Positions 60,900 to 64,000 of a stretch of DNA of 64,000 nt are shown here, one piece after another. The translations under genes were made by a program, and so were the position numbers. Source of the stretch: Raillietiella orientalis (Eukaryota). The notes under the pieces are model-generated. The model was given only the letters and a program-made list of their open reading frames with translations. It was not told the DNA's origin and searched no databases. The stretch's first letter is position 1, and each line of letters opens with the position of its first letter. The stretch is taken from the NCBI GenBank assembly GCA_036172245.1, contig JAYWIR010000021.1:1426001-1490000 (forward strand), read 5' to 3'.

Positions 60900-63360
60900 G
60901 GGACAGAGAACCGAAGGTAATTCCTAAAATACTTTCGAGGAAGGAGCGATCTTTGTGATGATCGAATGCATGCACTTCCTCAGAGACATTCCTTCCTGAT
61001 TGACGGCATCCGCGTTGCTGATTCCCGCTCGCTGTCGACGAAGGGGCGGGGCGTACGCTCCTTATTTTCCCGGAGCCAGGTTCCTCTTCGTCTTCACTTA
61101 TCAGTGCTACCTGCCGTATCTCCAGATCAGATGGCTCGGCATCCGCTCGTGAGGGCTCCGATCCCCACCATGCATGGCAGTTCCCGCGTTTCTCCCGCGT
61201 TACCTAACGCAGACCTGCGGTGGCTGTGGGGACCCTGGTTTTGTCACCAGATGATGCTTCAGAGGATGTCTTTCTGGTCGGCCATCAGTTGCAGTTCGGT
61301 AGCATTCGGCAGCGGCCGTCTTGGGAGCGAGTCCTGGAAACAGTCCGGGGCTGTCCAGTTTCTGGTGCCTTCTCCTTTAACGGTGGTCACCAGGAATGCC
61401 GTTCTGTTCCGAACGCGAAATCGTGCCCAGCTAGCCAGAGCCTCTGCAGGCCAAAACTGTGCTCTCGGATCCCTGATACGCCCCATTCGAGACAACGGTC
61501 CGAGGGATGGGGGTGCGACGGTCACGAGAGCCGTGGCAAGCCATTCGAATACCCACTCGATGCCAGAGAGAGGGCCACTAGAAAGGCCACTCGCTCCGGC
61601 TACCAGAGAGGTCATCACCCTCTGGTTCCTGAATTTTCGCTGAAAGGTCCATAGGTTTTCAAACTGCTTATCAGAGCAGCGAGTCTCAGTACTGAGTGGA
61701 CTTGCTTTGCGAGGTGGTAGCTGACCTTCGCTGGCAAGCGGTTCCTGGCGGCCGCCGCATTCTCATTCCGTGTCGCCGAGAAACAGGCAGTGACAGGGAG
61801 GAGGAAACCAAAACTCGCCTTCTGGCATGTTTTCCTTACCACGGCTCCGGCCAATTCTACGATTTCTCTTGTGCGACAAGCCTCAGCTTGCGATGCAGCT
61901 CGAGTGATTGACGCATCTTCCACGAGTTTGTCTGGCCCGTTTCTCCAGCGTAGAGGCGGTGCGTTTCCCCGAGTCAGTCACGAGAATTTACGAGGACATG
62001 ACAAGCAGGAAACGGTCCGGCAGCTCCTCCACGGCTATAAATTTTTCCAGCCGAAGGATGCAACTTCTTTTGCTGCTTCCGTAGAACCATACAGTCGCCA
62101 CACCTCCACATCTCTCTCTTAATTCCCAGCCATGCCATCCTCAGGCTCATCTTGATCCTTCAACTTACTTACCCTTCTGGGATGAAAGATGCTTGCTCCT
62201 TGTTCCTTATCGACTCCCGTTCCACGATGCTTTCTCGTGTACAGCACCTCGCGATCTCTTCTATTCTCTCTGCTTCCTCCGCCTTGCAGTCTTCCCACAA
62301 CCCTTGTTAGTTGCTCTGCAGTCTTTCCAATCGCGTTCTGTGAAAAAAATCTTTTCGAAATTGTCAGCAAATCCTCAACAGTTTCGAAAACTGGCAGCTC
62401 GCTCCCACACCTGACCAAGCAGTAAGACCTTGTCTCATCTTGCCCCCCTCCCTCCCTTGATTCGATGAAAAAATGTATTTATCATCGAATCAAGTCCCTG
62501 AATTCCTAATGGTACTCGAACTTTCCTTCTCCGCGTCCCTGAAACCCTCTTTGACCTACTTCTTCCAACGTACTCTTCACGCTGTCCCGACTTACCTCAA
62601 ACATCGGAAACAACCGCCATAAAGTGCGGTCTCTATAAATCATTGGGAACCTCCCGAACAAAGACACCCTCCAAAAAGTCGGACTTTGATCCACCGTGAT
62701 GATATCGAAGAGAGGCTCTTCGGCATCACAAAGCGGTGTGATCTGTACCATCTCACTATCTGCGGCACCCACCGCTCCTGTTCAGAAGGAATATCAAACG
62801 TGCAAGCTCACCAGTCCATTTGTATTTGACAGAAGGCAAGTCACGGTGGCCCACACCTGGCGTCAATCCCTTACGCCGAGCATTCACTGAAGGGAAATGG
62901 AGATTCTAGGAATGGGGCCCATATTTCCGTTCGAACCTCGAGTTCAGGCAAGGCAAAGTGATCGAATGGACGCCGCTGTCGATTCGATTCACCACCGTAC
63001 GGATCCCTTAGTACCATCGGAGGGAAGCTGCGGCGGGGATCAGCGTCATGGTTTCAAACAGTTGCAGGGATGAACCTTCAGCGAAGGGGAATAGCCAGAC
63101 CTCCGGTTCTCGGTGCCTTATGCTGAGGAGACCTGTCATCTGGCATGTGCACTCTTCGGTAAACAATAAGGAAGAGAGGCTGGTCGATTCCGAGCTTCAT
63201 TTCCTCGTGTCGTCCGGGCCGACATCATCGGAGCCATAGCCTTTTTTGACCTTGTTCTTTGATTAGTTCCCGGGAGATATTAACAAGAAAGCCTTGTCAG
63301 CTGCAGAATCAGGCTGGCCGGCTGCCGCAACGCCGAAGAAAAATGGGAGTCTCCATAAAG
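60900..63360 (-). mobile_element. Heavily decayed LINE ORF2 (APE endonuclease + reverse transcriptase)
   Basis: Degenerate motifs in canonical order: GDSH (~63350, GDFN), TRGN (~63205), FDH (~62960, SDH), SKLKDQDEPEDGM (~62150, LKxxKxPGxDG), SCRTVSCLSCPRKF (~62005, YRPISLLSxxxK), SFGF (~61815), MDLS (~61648), EWVFEWL (~61545), STVLA (~61455), LQLMADQ (~61280, FADD), KYLGIT (~60925). Many stops and frameshifts. Confidence 0.55.
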
Positions 63361-64000
63361 GGATACGCCGTGTCTGCTGAGCGGCTGCGGCCATTTCAGT
63401 TTGCTTCTTGCTTTCCCCTCCAGCCCCACTCCTCTTTTGCCTGGTTCCATGCCACTCTTGAATTGCAGTATCTCAGCCGCACAGGAGGGGGAGGGGGGAG
63501 AGAAGAAGAAGTAAATCTATGTTTTTTGTTCCCTCTCGATCTGGCCCTTTCGTCCCTTCTTGTTTCTTCTTGCTGACAAGAAAGCAGATAGAAGAGCACA
63601 GCAGCGACCAGTCCTATATCCCGCGTCCCGGTTCTTATGTCGGAGCACTGCGTTGGTCCGCGTAGCTTTTAGTGAGGAGAATTTCGAATGATTTTCATCC
63701 GTGATGATCGGGGAAATCTCCTGTTGCTAGGGGGAGCTGCCACAACGGACTGTAGTAAGTTTAAGTAGACAAGAATATCGTAACGGAAATGGCGGACGAG
63801 TTCCAGGAGAAGATCAGCTGAAACTCACGAAGGACACGATGTCTTGAGTGATTAATTCTCGCACGATCTTCGACGCTTAGTAACGGTTCTTACTTTGAGA
63901 GGACACTTCCTTGGAGATGACTAAGGATCACTTTTCATGAAACCGAACCAAAGCTGCTCCACGCACGGGTGCTGCTGAGCCACGGTGTGCCATGGGAACC

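Noticed and set aside
6000..64000. Conserved miRNAs (miR-1, miR-133, let-7 etc.), SL/sn RNAs, rRNA, CRISPR arrays
   Set aside because: Only short seed-length matches seen by eye and no repeat-spacer periodicity; an Rfam/miRBase search is needed to exclude them formally.

Overview
Eukaryotic (bilaterian invertebrate-like) genomic DNA, so most ORFs in the prokaryote-style track are spurious GC-rich frames. Three genes are well supported, all on the minus strand. (1) A multi-exon two-pore channel of the TPC3 class (32-3078; its 3' end runs off the window). (2) A multi-exon long coiled-coil protein (3165-5727) whose stop lies under 90 bp upstream of the TPC start, an operon-like spacing. (3) A Twist bHLH gene with an uninterrupted coding region and intact WR motif (47256-48188). 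Twist sits in a ~50 kb, very GC-rich gene desert of decayed retroelement fragments (Ty3/Gypsy RNase H and integrase, a LINE ORF2, possibly Penelope), a probable decayed RING/B-box/coiled-coil (TRIM-like) pseudogene, microsatellites and small TF-motif islands. Two young ~1 kb duplications stand out: a direct pair (26256-27272 / 34393-35406) and a near-perfect inverted pair (54785-55916 / 56983-57978) that may copy the Twist promoter/first exon. Three tandem strand-asymmetric hairpins lie at 59664-59827. No rRNA, tRNA, CRISPR array or recognisable miRNA was seen. All identities are by-eye estimates and no database searches were run.
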